From the NCBI GenBank assembly GCA_001949185.1, contig BDGG01000004.1, forward strand, positions 1,761,620-1,825,619: 64,000 nt of DNA, written 5' to 3'. This DNA comes from Ramazzottius varieornatus. Taxonomy: Eukaryota > Animalia > Tardigrada. The position numbers and the translations under genes were made by a program. Position 1 is the stretch's first letter. Each line of letters begins with the position of its first letter. The notes beneath the pieces were generated by a model. It saw only the letters and a list, made by a program, of their open reading frames with translations. It made no database searches and was not told the origin of the DNA. Below are positions 37,357-50,762 of this stretch, one piece after another.

Positions 37357-40300
37357 GATGAACGGTGACGGGATGATTCGGGTCCGCTGTGGTTCACTGT
37401 GGACGGACGGAGATAATTCGGAAAATCTTGAGTTTGTCGAGAACGTTAACCGGTAAGATTGTGCCGTAACTGGAAGATCGCTGAAGAATTTGTGAACGGA
37501 AGAAGAGGCATGAGAAGTAACCGTTCTTCGCTTTTATAGGAACGACTCGCTTGATACACGGGAGCTCGGACTAAAGTGGACAGTAGCGTGGACAGTCGGG
37601 CGTGGTTTGTCTTTCGTCAAGCCGTCGTTACCACAAATCTCGGCTTGGACACGTCAGGAGAATGGGTGAGAGACTGAGAGCTGCTCTTGTGGCCAATTTG
37701 TGAATGGTTCTGGAGCGTCGATAGCGTGTATCACAGAAAGAGGGAGATTCATTAATAGCGACGATGAAAGACAGTTTAGCAACAGGTGAGGAAAGAAAAA
37801 CGGCCACCTTCAATGAATTCGTACACGTGATAGTAGTATGAATCATTCTTCCTCGTCCATATTCTCATATGCGTGACAGCTGATACAGTCTGCCCACAAC
37901 GATAGGCCGTTAAAAGACTAGTTTCATGATGTCCACCACCATTCTCAGCATATCCCGTCCATATGCATGAAAGAATTTCTATTCTATGCAGACCTGTTGC
38001 AACTCACTTCGCAATCGTGCTGTAACCTTTGTGTCGTTTCTTCCTTCCCATGTAACAGTTACAAAGGTTGTGAACACCCGGGATCATCGTATACAAATCT
38101 CGACAACAAGAAGGATGTTGTTGGGTGTGCCCGTTCACGTAATATTTCAGACGCAGCCATTTTCGATGCCTACTCACTGTTTGATGTGAAAGCTCCAGTG
38201 TACTCCAAATACTGTAACGAGTTCTCAAAAGCCCAAATCTCAAAAAGCTGTTTTGATTAATACATATATCAGGGCTGATTCCCACATCTAGGCAGACGTG
38301 CTTTGGTTCTTGCAACGACTGTACAGCGCTTCCGGGTCCACAGGAAGGGCCTGCAAGCGGTTGTGTTACAAAATCCCTGGCATAACTCGATACGCGGTAT
38401 TTGCAGACAATTATCTGGGCTCATTTGACTGGGAATGACCACTCTCTTAACCTAAGTATCACGTTTACGCACAAGATTTATGATCTTAACGTGTCGTAAT
38501 CAGTTGACATTAGAGCGCAAATGATGTCGGAAAAACAGCGATGAAGAGTAGACATCGTTGTACTGAGGACGGAAAAGTTGTTAGGTGAAGGTTGGGGGCC
38601 GTGATGGGCCCCGACCGTTTCTGTTTGCTACCTCAGCGTCTTTCATGCTGGTTGAAAGGGCAAACTCAGCTGGAGATCGCAGTGGGCCTGCTGCTCCTCG
38701 ACAGCAGACACCTGCCATCCATATCGTCACACTTATTAACCGGTCTCATCAGCTAATTACAATACTGTAACCTTCCTCAATGAAGAACCCCCGTTGCGAC
38801 GCTATGGCTGTCAAGTATAGCCCAGGAATTTCTCAAGAACCTCTTCCCTTCATTATGTCGTGCTTTGCCCATCATCTGTTCTCGCGCTTGATTACTCTCG
38901 ACTCCATCATCCCGAACGAAATAACAAGTCACCCCGGGAGCATCATGAACAGTTTCATTCCGATCAAGCGGTCCACTATTTGATCTTACAAAATCAGTTG
39001 AATCCAAGTGCGCCCGGAAGAAGAGAAAAGCCAGAAATTCGATGTTAGACGCAAGGTCATTGTTTGTTAGACGCAAGGATTGTGCAGCACTTTTGAGCCA
39101 ACAATGCGGAAGATTTGTCGGAAGAAGCTCACTGAAAATATACTTAACGAATCAGGTTTCACACGGTTAATTCACGCCTGCTAATCCATGCATTTCGCTA
39201 TCTTTTACTTGTTCGACAATAATGGACAGATACACCGCAAAAATGGCCATTAGGCACGTATTAGCTGGCCGCGATAGGTTTTAGCAAACCTTTCTTGGTT
39301 TTAGTTCTGCGTGCAACACACGGTACGAGCCATGTTAATCAAGCTATCTGCCTTTGTTCGAACGAAAGGACGCCAACAAAGAAGTGGTAAAACTCTCAAG
39401 CAAAACATATCAAAATCATCATCACTCGTGTTAAAAAGACAGCGACAGAAGCGATAAAACATTACTGCGGTATGTGCAATAGTCGGCAGGCACAAGCATA
39501 GTGACAGGAAACCATGATGGCCTGACGCTCATCGCTTACTTTCATTATGGTAGAAGGTTCGATAAGAGCGACTTTTGGCTATCAAAACAGATCGCTCGAG
39601 TCTTCTAATCAGGGCTTGTCTTCTAAGTAAGATCATCTTTGGCCGGTAACGTTCCGCAGAAATGGTATGCATCGTTGAGGCGCAGGTGTCGTTCAACCGC
39701 CTGCAAAAAAGCAATTCGTTTTCCGAAACGGTTATAAGGATAGAGGGACACGGCGGATGAGGACAGAAAGAGCTAACAGTGCATTGTGTCACGTTTGCGT
39801 TCTAACTTCTTATGCTTCATACAAAGAGAGATTATCTCTTTGGGTGAATTAGCTAATGCAATATTGTGAGAGCGAGCCCGAGACGTCCAGCCGGTCATTT
39901 AGGAACGTAAAGGTGAAGGAAGGCTGATTCCTGTCATATGCTCACACTGTTCCTTTCTTCGCCTTTTTAGCTTGACCAAGCGTGGTGAGAAAAATGCAGA
40001 CAGCCATTCACATCATAAACGAAGGCTAAATTCATCATTCAGCCACGAATAGATCACGAAGAGATAACTGTCAAGAAGATTGCTTTAATTATCGCAACAA
40101 TTACGTGATATGAATCACAGAGAAAACCAACCCTTTCAAAAATACAATGGAAAAAGGCTGCTCTGGTGCATCGCGTTTGGCACTCCTTGTCATAATGAAT
40201 AGCCAACGACGTCGTTCGACCCAACCAGGACCAAACCCAGCTCTTCGCAGTATTCCCCATATTCTCCATAGAGCCCTGACCCGTACAAAACCGACCATGG

Positions 40301-40927
40301 CTTGATCATGTTCATGATTGGTTTTCCAAGTGGCGCACACTTGTGACCAATAACAACGAAACGTGCGCCTCTTCTGCGGACGATCATGTTCAACTCATTT
40401 ACCGATGATTCAGTTGAGTTCGCCTTTTCTTCAGAACGACCATCAGCAGAATTTGCTCGGCACCGCCCTGAGGACAGTTTGAGCAGGAAAAAAGGCAGAC
40501 CAACTCTATTTCTGCCCGCTCAATTTCGGCGTGTGTGACTTCATCAAAGTCGCGCTACGATGAAGACAAAAGAAGGGTCTTTTTTAGCGGAGCAACCTGT
40601 TCAGCACTTTGGATAAAAGGGATTACGTTGCTCTCACGCAAAGCCAGCCGTGCCACAGTTTTCACAGCGTGACTTCCCGAGCCATAAAACTGGATGGCAC
40701 GGCCAAGCTCGGTACGGCTTTGTCAGGGCGGATCAAACGATGCCAACGTCTTGCCGATAACACCACGGGGAGCCCCTTCGTCCTTCATTTCACACGTCGT
40801 AATCTCCGACAGGCACCGTTCGCACAGCGACTTTCATTTCACAGAAAACATTTGTTCTTTCCAGTATGCTGTCCAAGCAGTGTTCATTAAGAGATTAGCT
40901 AATTTTTCCGTATGGTACACACCTGGA

Positions 40928-43900
40928 TTATGCAGCGTGGTCGGAATTCCTTCCTGCCCGAAAAGAACTGCTGTCGTCTCCTTCCGTCACCATCTTCGAC
41001 AAGTCGTCTAGCTTCTCTTGAAGATTGGTAATTTTTTCTGGAAGATACGAAGCAAATTGATCATTTTATCATAGAAATTTTTTTCGTAATTTCAGGAATA
41101 ATCTCATCACAATGTACTGCAAAAATTATCCGGTTTTATTGCAGTGGTATCATTACTCACTCAGTTCCTCTGCCAAACCGATTCTGGGGTGATTGAAGAA
41201 CTCCTTGATCTTAGCAGGAGATCGTTCTAGACCGTCGAGTATTTGCTTCACTTCAACCTCCAGTTTATTCACTAAAGAACAATAACAAACTCCTCCTAAG
41301 GCTTCACGAAGACAAAAAAAGAACAAACTCTTATTTTGTTTGACAAGACATACATTCGGCTGCGGTGAGTTGTTGACGCAGCGCGACACTCGCGGAGCGG
41401 ATCATTTTCTTGACGCGATAGAACAAGTCCACATCCGCGCAGTCATTCTAAGCAACCAGAAGAAAACCCAATGAGTGCAGTCCGACGCAAAGCTAGTCAA
41501 ATATAGACATTAGTCCTCCTCACGACAGGCCGTAAAACTCCGTTGATTGTGTTGATCTTGAAAGTGGATTACGAAGTTTCGCTTTCAAGATAAGCAGCCC
41601 TCGAGTAGCTTATCTTGAAAGCGAAAACGGATTATTCTCTGGACACTTGACTCAAAATTTCAAATTTTCGTTTCTCAGCTCATCTCTGTCTGCACAGTGC
41701 TTCACGTTGCGAGATACCGTTTCACGTATGGGCTTCTTGATACCTATTAGTGTCGGGGATATCGACAGACAGAGACTAGCCAGAGAGAAAACCACGAATT
41801 TCAGCCTAGTCAGGAGGCAAAGTTTGCCGCATTTCCGCTCCCGTTTCCGAGACTTTTGAAAAACGCAATTTTGCCTCACTCACGACTAATTTCCGTTGAT
41901 CAAGCAAACTCAAATTTTTAATCAACCGTTTGCGACATAAACAGCTCGTCGTGAGGAGGACTATTTCTTACTTGGCCAGTTGCAACAGGTGAAAATTCCC
42001 CACCGTCACTGATGTCACCACACAAGGCGACTTTCTGTATGGCTTGTTCCAGAAATCGTGACAGAAACATGAAGTGCCAGGTTTCTCTGATAAACAGAGG
42101 ATCGACTTTGACGTTTTGCGACTCTAGAGTCTTGAGGACCACGTTGATCTCGTCTTTCGAGAGCTCCGCCTTGCCAGTAGCCGCTTCTTTAGGCATCACC
42201 AATTGTTCCAGCTTATCGACTACTGCCCTCCTGTTGGACTGCTCTTTTGTAGGCCGGCGAAGAAGGAGTACTTCCCAAGACGCAGGACCCAACATCTCCC
42301 GAATTCGATTCTGAACTACAGCGGAAAGAAAGCCATCCACCAGATGATGTTACACCATTTGCTTAACCAAATAGATCTGATAAAGAATAATTTCCCCATT
42401 AAATCCAGAATCTCATCTCATTTTTCATGAATTTTCTAAGCTGTGCTTGATTGTTCATTATATGCCATCCGCCATTTTAGAACTTCAAAGGTAGCTAGCA
42501 AGTACCTTCTGCCAATCGGTCGGCACACGCGGTCTCCATGAAATGTACCGCACTGTTCCAGTCATCTGGCGTGATAATGTACGGAGCTTCGCAACTGTTG
42601 ATTAGAGCCGATCTCTACAACAAAGACGCAATGTCACCCATTCTACACTTTTGAGTTTCAACCAAGTTGACAAGCCTTCAACCAATAGAAAACCAACTTC
42701 CTGTTACGAACAGCAGAAACTCACCAGCGCTTCTCGAGCAACCGAGTCCCACTGGTGGACTTTGAACGTTTCCTCTACCACGGTCTGCTTAAAATGATCG
42801 AAGATGTCATCATGATCCTTCTCGGTTTTGCTTCGGGTGGCAACAGCTTGGAACTTTTGCTTCAGCGTATCACTTGCAATCTGCAACCCAGGAAGGTTCG
42901 AGAAAGTTCTTACATACAGCATAAAATTGTATTGTCCAGTCGATTAGTAATCTGACCACTCACTTCTAGACTTCTGAGCGGCAACTGCACATCCGCCCAG
43001 TTTTTCAATCGAAGGTCGCCGACCACTTTGAGGCTACAAAACATCCCAGTTGTATAGCGTACCGAAAGCTGCATACCCAGGCTAATAACTAATGGGCTGA
43101 TAGTTCGTACGTACTCATTCCGGTTGCCAGATGCCGCAGGTACGTAAATATCCGTAAATACGTAGTCGGCCATGGCAGTCCACAAACGCTCTTCGAAATC
43201 ATTTTCCCTGTTATGAGATCGTGTCAGATAACATAGCTCAGTGGATTACACCGGCCTGTTTAACAGGTTTACCACGTAGACTGAGGAAGGTTCTGCAGGC
43301 GTATCACGTCGTCTAGGAGCTGCATCCTTCCGGTCTCGTACAATTCATCCTATAACAAAGGACCGTAGAGGAGGCGCAGACTTTTCCCTGTACGTACGGA
43401 AGAGAATTTCGTGCAAGTTATCTTTTCTCACCCGATCCAAAACGCGGGCTTTGTTAAAATGTGTCTTCCAGCTCTTCTCCAGCACTGCTTTCCGAGCTGC
43501 AAAACGAAATCCCGTCTGCTGCGATCGTGCACAGAAGACCCAACTCAGCAGACTGTAACGTCTTTAACTCACATTTTAGGAAGTCTATCTGGTACCGCAG
43601 TGACGTCTTCACGTGTTGCCAAAAGATCTCCGACATTTTTCTGCTCATGTTTCTCGTGGAAAGTTGCTCCTGCTTCATTGCGCCAGATCTGCACAAGAAA
43701 AAATTATCACAGAGAAGATTCAGAGTTGCACGTCGATGAAGGGTTGATGTTAATTGTACTTGAACATGTCGGAACTAGCAAAATATTCCGCTTCGAACTT
43801 CTCCACATCTTCCAGTGGCTCCGATTTTGGACCTAAAAGATGGAAGATCCTACGTGATCCCACTCGTATGGAAGATCGCACGAATAGCTCCTGTTCGATG

Positions 43901-45867
43901 ATACCTCTCCCTGGGATGACCGAGAACAAGGCAGCGGCTTTCAACGGAAGCGCAGCGCCACTCGCTATCCTCTTCATCTAGTCAGAAAAGATCGCAGTAA
44001 CCTCAGACTGTAGTTTAAAAATTGTGGTCATTGAGCACACGTGTACGGTTTTTACCTTTTCAGGGTTAGCCATACTTGTCTCGACCAAGTCGGGTTTTGT
44101 GAGTACGAACATGGATCGTTTGCCATCTGGGTCGAAGTCCTTGACAAGTTCCACCGTCCTGCTATACTCAGATTCGCGCGACGCGTCTATAGAGAAGAAT
44201 TATCAGAGAAATCCAATTGCACAAAACGATGTACATTTAATAGAATACTAACCCACAAGACAGAGGAAAAGTGACTGTGGATTCTGCAGGAAGCTTTCGT
44301 ACATGTTCCGTATCCTGTCTGGAGTCACTGCAGCTCCCGTCCCGGTGGACTGCAAAACACAACTTCGTTCGCGTTACATCAACAGGGATTTTCACGGTTA
44401 CTTCGGAGCGTGCAAGTTCTTACTTGTGGGGTTGGTAGATCTACCAGAATCATGTTGGACAGCCCTGGACCCCATATCGTAAGGGATACCAAAGGTAACA
44501 GGTTCTCTTTTGTAGCTGCCGATTTTAATCGAATCTCAAACTGCTTGCGGAGTTCCTCTAGCTGAAGATTAATACAGTCTTCGGAGCCATACTTCGAGGG
44601 CAAACCAGGTAAAATCACGTACTTACATCCGCTGGGTTTTCCAGGTCGAATTCCCTGTCCGAATCGTTGAACTGGGCGAGGTGGTAGGGTCCTTCGCATA
44701 TCGTAAACTTGATTGGTATCTGCTGCGTTGCTTCGGTTCTAGGGAAAATACGCGTTTTCACCAACATCTCAATCAAACTCGACTTTCCGGAGTTAGGGTC
44801 GCCGACAACCATAACCTGAAATAAACAAAAACCTTGTGACCACGCCTAAACTTGCAAAGTGACAGATAAAAATCCACCTGCGGTACAACGACTTGCAATC
44901 CGAATTCCGCGCGAAGTTCAACCAGGTCATCCAGCACCTCGGAGAACATCTCAATGGGATTCCGCTAGACACAAAAAAATAGTAATTCCGCGAGTTGACG
45001 GCACCACGAAGGTTTTGGGTGGGGCATCAACATTATCAGCACGAGCTTACTTTCAATTTTCGGGATTTTAAATCTCGACCTTCTTGCCGAAGCATAATCT
45101 GCCGTCTTAGCTCAAGGTTCTCTTTCTCAAGTTTGAAAATTCTTTGTTGGTAGAGTACCTAACGCGAAGAGTGCGCGCTGTAATTATCATCCGCCATTCA
45201 GCCGAAAGTCACGGAATTCCGACCGTACCTGCTCTTCCACAATTTTCGCCTGAACCGCTTGTATCTTGTCCTCAATAGCGAGCTGAGAAGAGAAGTTTCG
45301 GTGCTGTTCGTAGGTGTCGCAAGCCAAACATTAATACAGACAGGTAATAACGACGGCCATGCCGAACCAGGCCAAACTTCTGTATACTCACTAGCTGATC
45401 TCCCGAGCCATCGACTGGTGCAGGTGCCGCAGACTCAGCTTCGCAGAACACTGGTCGAAAAAATAAAGGCTGTGAACCAAGGCTCTGGAGAACCTGGGAC
45501 ATGGATGTATCTGGTCTGTAATGGGATGAGCTTGACGTCTCCGATGAATGATAACCATCTTTTCCATTAGGATCAGCGCGAAGTGACTTCCTTCTCCTCC
45601 GCAGATCACGCTAGTGAATGACACAGATCACTAAAGGCAGTTATGGCTCTACCAGTTTACACTTACCTGCCGCAAGTCCACGACCATACAAGACATAACG
45701 GCGGAACCTCCAATTAGGACAGCCAGCATCATCCTCCTGTTAACGGGCAGACGGTGGGGAAAAAGCGACATGTCAGCTGCACGGGCTTGGCGATGGATCC
45801 TTCTTCGAAAGATCATCTCGACCGTCCTTCGTGGTTCGCCTACCGCAGTGCTGAAAGACAATGCCAT
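40928..45867 (-). CDS. OPA1-like mitochondrial dynamin, divergent, with degenerate GTPase motifs
   Basis: Arg-rich targeting-like N-terminus with a hydrophobic segment, VVGDPNSGKSSLIEML..RIFPR, EGPYHLAQFNDSDREFDL, LTIWGPGLSNMILVDLP, DPDGKRSMFVLTKPD, DCADVDLFYRVKKM..ALRQQLT and a GED-like end LAEEL/KKITNLQEKLD, collinear with OPA1. Confidence 0.85.
41577..41626. repeat. Perfect 19-bp inverted repeat (hairpin, 12-nt loop) in an OPA1-like intron
   Basis: TTTCGCTTTCAAGATAAGC (41577-41595) / GCTTATCTTGAAAGCGAAA (41608-41626). Confidence 0.85.
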
Positions 45868-46437
45868 GGCGCTCGATTGTCGACAAAAGGGAATTCACAC
45901 AAGAAGTAAATCAACTTCCGGTCAAGACTGCAACTTGCATGGTGTGGACCAGTACAACCATTCAGCTTGCCAGAATGTTAAACAATAGCTATTATGTCAG
46001 AAGAAAGTTAGCTTGATTGAAACCATGAGTTGATTGATCCAGCATTCACCCGTTGACGAAGCTAACAGCATTGTCCGCCAAAAGGTTTGAAATATTTCGC
46101 AGTTTCAGTATTGATCTCCTAAAATTCATAATCTTGTCGTCGGATCTTGTGCGGAATCTCTGCTATAGTTTTGTTGTTACGATGTCATTTTGGCTCTGTT
46201 CGATCGCGTCTATGTCCCACATCTCCCTGTTTTCAACTGCCAGCCGGAAGAGACAGGAACGTCGTCTAGCTACCTCTGTGCAGGTTGACCTGAATTGAGC
46301 TGAGTGAACAGCAGACGATCGTGCATCAGCTGTTGGATTAATCCCGCCGTTGTACCGTGGTCGCCTTTGTTGGACTGTTTGTGCGGAAACATCGGTTCTG
46401 TCATCTGCAGCACAAGAAAGCCTAAAGAGTATCAAAG

Positions 46438-49400
46438 ATGGATCTACGGGCAACGGTAGAGAACTTGCTCGCACCTGGTAAGCGTTGTGTCTTTTGTCGT
46501 AACGGCCAACGGGTTACCTGTTGAGCCTCACTTGTCGGTCGAGGAATTGAACATGTTTTGCTTTTCGCAGACTCCGCGGTGCAAAAGGAAGCGGAACTTG
46601 CTCTTAACGCATTTCTGGAACGGGACTTTGTGAGTCATGATTGGGAAATCCGCCTTGATTAGTTTGCGTATGATCTGCAAAGTGAGCTAGCAATGCTTAT
46701 CCTTCTTATACTCCTACAGGAAAACAGCGTCGTTCGTTTATCGGAGCTCGTGAAAGACAAGGACGGAAATCAAATTCTCCGACAAAGCGCGGCGTTAGCG
46801 CTAAAGAATGCCGTGTCGTCGAAAGATGCGGCGATGAAGCAACAGAAGCAGGAAACATGGATGCGAGTCACAGTTCCGGCGCGAGGATACGTCAAGCAGA
46901 ACGTAAATTCTTCTTTCTGGTTAACGATCGCCGAAACGTTCATTGTGTTCTCTGTCTATACAGATCTTGGAGGCTCTTCAGACAGACAACGCTCTGCTAG
47001 GACGTTCCGTGGCGCAGTGCGTCGCGTATATTGCCCTGTGCGAAATTGTCCGTGGTGAATGGCAAGATCTGATCCAGCAGCTGACTTCCTATGTGGGAGC
47101 ACCCAATGCTGGGAACGTATTCCGACAATCATGTTTAGAAGCCATCGGTTACATCTGCGAGGAAGTGGTAGGTATTAATCCGTCTCACGTTTGATATATG
47201 TTGAGCAGAAACTTGTTCTTTATTGTTCTTTATATGCAGAGTTTCCAAGCGGTTGCCGCCCACTCGAACGCTATTCTGACAGCCATAGTGTGTGGCATGC
47301 GAAAGGATGAGCCAGTGTAAGGATCTGAAATATGTCAAATAAGCTTTCGCGTATCTGTAAGAGGCGAACCCATAACATCCTGTCGCAATTTAGAAACGAA
47401 ATTCGTCTGGCAGCTACAACGGCACTGTACAACTCAATTGACTTCTTCCGAGGGAACTTCGAAAAGGAGGTAATCTGAGACTTCTTGAACGACCATTCTC
47501 GTGTTAAGCTTTCATCTCTCGCCAATTTATGTTTCTGCTGCGTGCTTCGGCATTACAGGACGAACGGAATTATATCATGACAGTAGTTTGCGAAGCGACC
47601 CAAGCAACAGATACTCGAGTAAGTACGCACCTAGATAGTAAAAACTTCGACGGCAGGATGTAATTGTTTCTTTTCTGATGCAGTTGAGGATCATGGCCTT
47701 GCAGTGCATTGTGAAGATCGTACAGTTTTATTACGATCATATGCAGCCCTACATGGCAAAAGCCTTGTTCCCCGTAAGTTACTGGATTCTTCCTGCCCAT
47801 TGTTCTTGGTTCCTTCGCCAGTATTGTATCAAACCGAGAGTCATAGTACTTTTGCCCTCCAGATATCGAATCAGGCGATGATGTCCGATGTCTCTGAGAT
47901 TATACTGCAAGGTGTGGAGTTCTGGTCTACCGTTTGTGATACTGAGATCAACCTCAACTACGAAGAAGCCGAGGTTCGTGTCAATATTTGCTCACTGTTC
48001 TGTGCTTGTCGTCCTAATGCATAGCTCGTTTTAGGCGAAAGATGAGGGTTTGATACCTGCTCACAAGTCTTTCAAGTTCGTCGCGGAGTACCTGACGTAC
48101 GTTACGCCGTGCCTGCTTCAACTTCTGGCGAGACAACCGGACCAAGATGAAGGCGACGACTGGGTACCTAGCAAAGCTGCCAGTGTTTGCCTAATGCTCG
48201 TGGCTCAGTGTGTCCAGGATGATGTGGTTAACAATGTGTTGCCCTTCGTGGCTGCCAACATTGCAAACGCTGACTGGCACATGCGCGATGCCGCTTGCGT
48301 GGCTTTCGGTAAGGATTTCTTCAGCTGTCTTCGTAAAGAATATTGGATTATTTCGGGATGGCTTCTTTAGGCTCGATTCTGGAAGGACCGGAGCCCGCTA
48401 AGCTGAAAGGAATGGTCGACCAGGCTTATGACTTGATACTAGCCATGATGCAAGACGAAAGTATCGCTGTCAGGGATAGTGCAGCCTGGGTTGTGCAACG
48501 TATCTGTCAGCTGGTCCGTGAGGCGGTCCTTGTGGAAGCGCGGTTCCAGAACACAGTCATTATGCTCCGACGGAACTTAGCTGGCCCTCCTCGGGTCGCG
48601 GCTAACGTTTGCTGGGTGAGTCGTCACTCAACACTAGATATTTAGCTGTTTGTTCATACTCAGTCTACCACAGACAGTTCGAACTTAGTACTGAAAGCAA
48701 GACTGATAGCTCGTTTATGTTCTACAGGCACTGGGATCGTTGGCTCAAGCTTCGTATGAGGTAGCCCAACAGCAGAATCAGACCAACAGTATTCCCAACA
48801 CTTTTGCCTTGACCGCCGTTTTCAGCGATCTAGTGGACCAGCTCTTCATTACCGCCTTTCGGTACGCTTTACCTTTCCAGCACTGAAAGCGCAGTTTCTT
48901 GCTTTTTGTTTGGTGTAATGTTCTATTAAGTAAATTTCGCTATTCATTGCAGGCCAGAATCTGCTCAAAGTAATCTTCGCACAGCTGCGTTTGGAGCCAT
49001 CAGCGACCTCGTGAGCCATTCTCCCAACGTAAGCTTCATCACATAAGTACAGAAGTACCTGAAACCTCGCACAATAGTCCTGATTTTTTGTTGGTTTAGG
49101 ACTGCTATCCCACGGTGCAGAAAACGACTGTCCAGGTACTAGGTCAGCTGAACGGCATTCTGGAAAAAGAAGCGACCTTGTCGTCGAATGACCGCTATCA
49201 GTACGGTGACTACTGTCAACATCTGCTGGGAGTCCTCCAGACTACCCTCAGACGCCTTGTTATCGATGATCTAACTCAGATCGCCGAACCCGTTGTCCGA
49301 GCATGTTACCAGATCCTCGAGCTTCACAGACTGGGGAAAAGCTTTCAAGCTGAGCCGGAAGCTTTGCTTTGTCTACAGGCTATCCTCGAACGTAAGTTTC

Positions 49401-50567
49401 GTGTCCTAATAGTCAATATAGAATACGGAATTCCAGCCAGCGCCCCGTTTCTCTGTCCTAGTGATGCCACAAGGTTTCTTCAAGTACCTCGAAGGCCTCA
49501 ACCCGCACATACATTTGGGGCTTACCTGTTACAGTGAACACTCGGTAAGGCTTCTGAGAGCTTTAAGTACGTATTCCGAACATTACGCGAGAGGTATCTC
49601 ATTTACCGGTGTCTATATAATTATACTTGCAGATAGTAAATGGGTCTTTGAGCTTAGTGGGAGAGCTTTGTCGAAGCTACGAGCAGAAGATTGTCCCCTT
49701 TGTACCAGATTACATTGATAGGGTAGTCAGGTTGATCGCGGTAAGTTCAGTTATGGGACTGACTTCCATGGTAATCAATCAGGTAACGTCTCTTTTTTTG
49801 AAACTTTCCAGCAAGTGAACGATCCTTCCGGCTTGGTGAAACCACGAGCTATCCAGACACTTGGAGACATAGCGCTTGCATTAGGAAACAGTTTCCACAA
49901 TTACGTTGTGATGTCCTTCGAATGCCTTCGGTCCGTTGCAGTCCCTCAGGTAATCCAGGTGTTTTGGATGAATCTTCCGGTTAGTGTTTGTGGTCCCGAC
50001 GAATTTTTCCTCAATTAACAGGACCACGATGTCTGGTTGACTATCCTGGATGGTATACTGGACGCTTGTGTGGGCATCATAAATGGCCTCAAAGGCGACG
50101 GGTTTGCTGGTAAGCTGAATGTTATTCGGGGAAGTTTCTTGATCAGGTTTCTCATGTCTCATTGTTCTGCTACAGATCAGACAAAGACTGTGATACGGGC
50201 GTACGTTCAGTTCATCATGAGCCTCATCGCACACGTAGCCAACGAAGGTGCGTCAGTACCGGACAGCACGATATCGAACTCGGCCACTCTGATAGGGTAC
50301 GTGCACAGAGATTCCGTAGCGCTTCGTGCCGTCTGCAGTTACGAGTTTATGGACACTGGTGCTTTTTCTTTTGCGTGCAGAGAATTCTGTGAGATGTTCA
50401 AATCAGATATCTTCGCGTTAGTCGATAGAGAAGACTTTTACGCCCTTCTGAACCGAGGGAAGAAGGCGCACAACGAGAAGACGAAAACCTTCTGCACATG
50501 GGCCTTGAAAGAGATCAAGAAGATAAAGCCGGGTGCGACCATCCGGAATCCTGCTGCTACACGTTGA
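46438..50567 (+). CDS. KPNB1: Importin subunit beta-1
   Basis: IBN_N region (RQSAALALKN), LEAIGYICEE, SNAILTAIVCGMRKDEP, ERNYIMTVVCEATQ, LQGVEFWSTVCD, DDWVPSKAASVCLMLVAQC, GSILEGPEP, RVAANVCW and C-terminal TKTFCTWALKEIKKIK. Confidence 0.93.
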
Positions 50568-50762
50568 AAGACCTGACTCTAGCTTTCTGCTTTTCTGCGT
50601 TTTTAGAGAGTTATTTTGTTGACCCATTAAACCGTATATCGCAACCTGATTGTCTTCTTATTCTTATCTAGCCACGTAATTCGTGAATGACTCTAGTAGT
50701 ACTTTAGTAATAAGGCCTTTCAGTTGAGTTTTTTTTTATCGTTAAACTGAGTGCGTGAATAA

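Noticed and set aside
37600-40900. Short ORFs as possible Bearded-family or other E(spl)-complex genes
   Set aside because: No convincing N-motif (NxxNExL) or basic amphipathic helix, and no coherent exon chain.
40928-45867. OPA1-like locus as a pseudogene, given its fragmented ORFs
   Set aside because: The breaks I checked coincide with canonical short introns and rejoin in frame.
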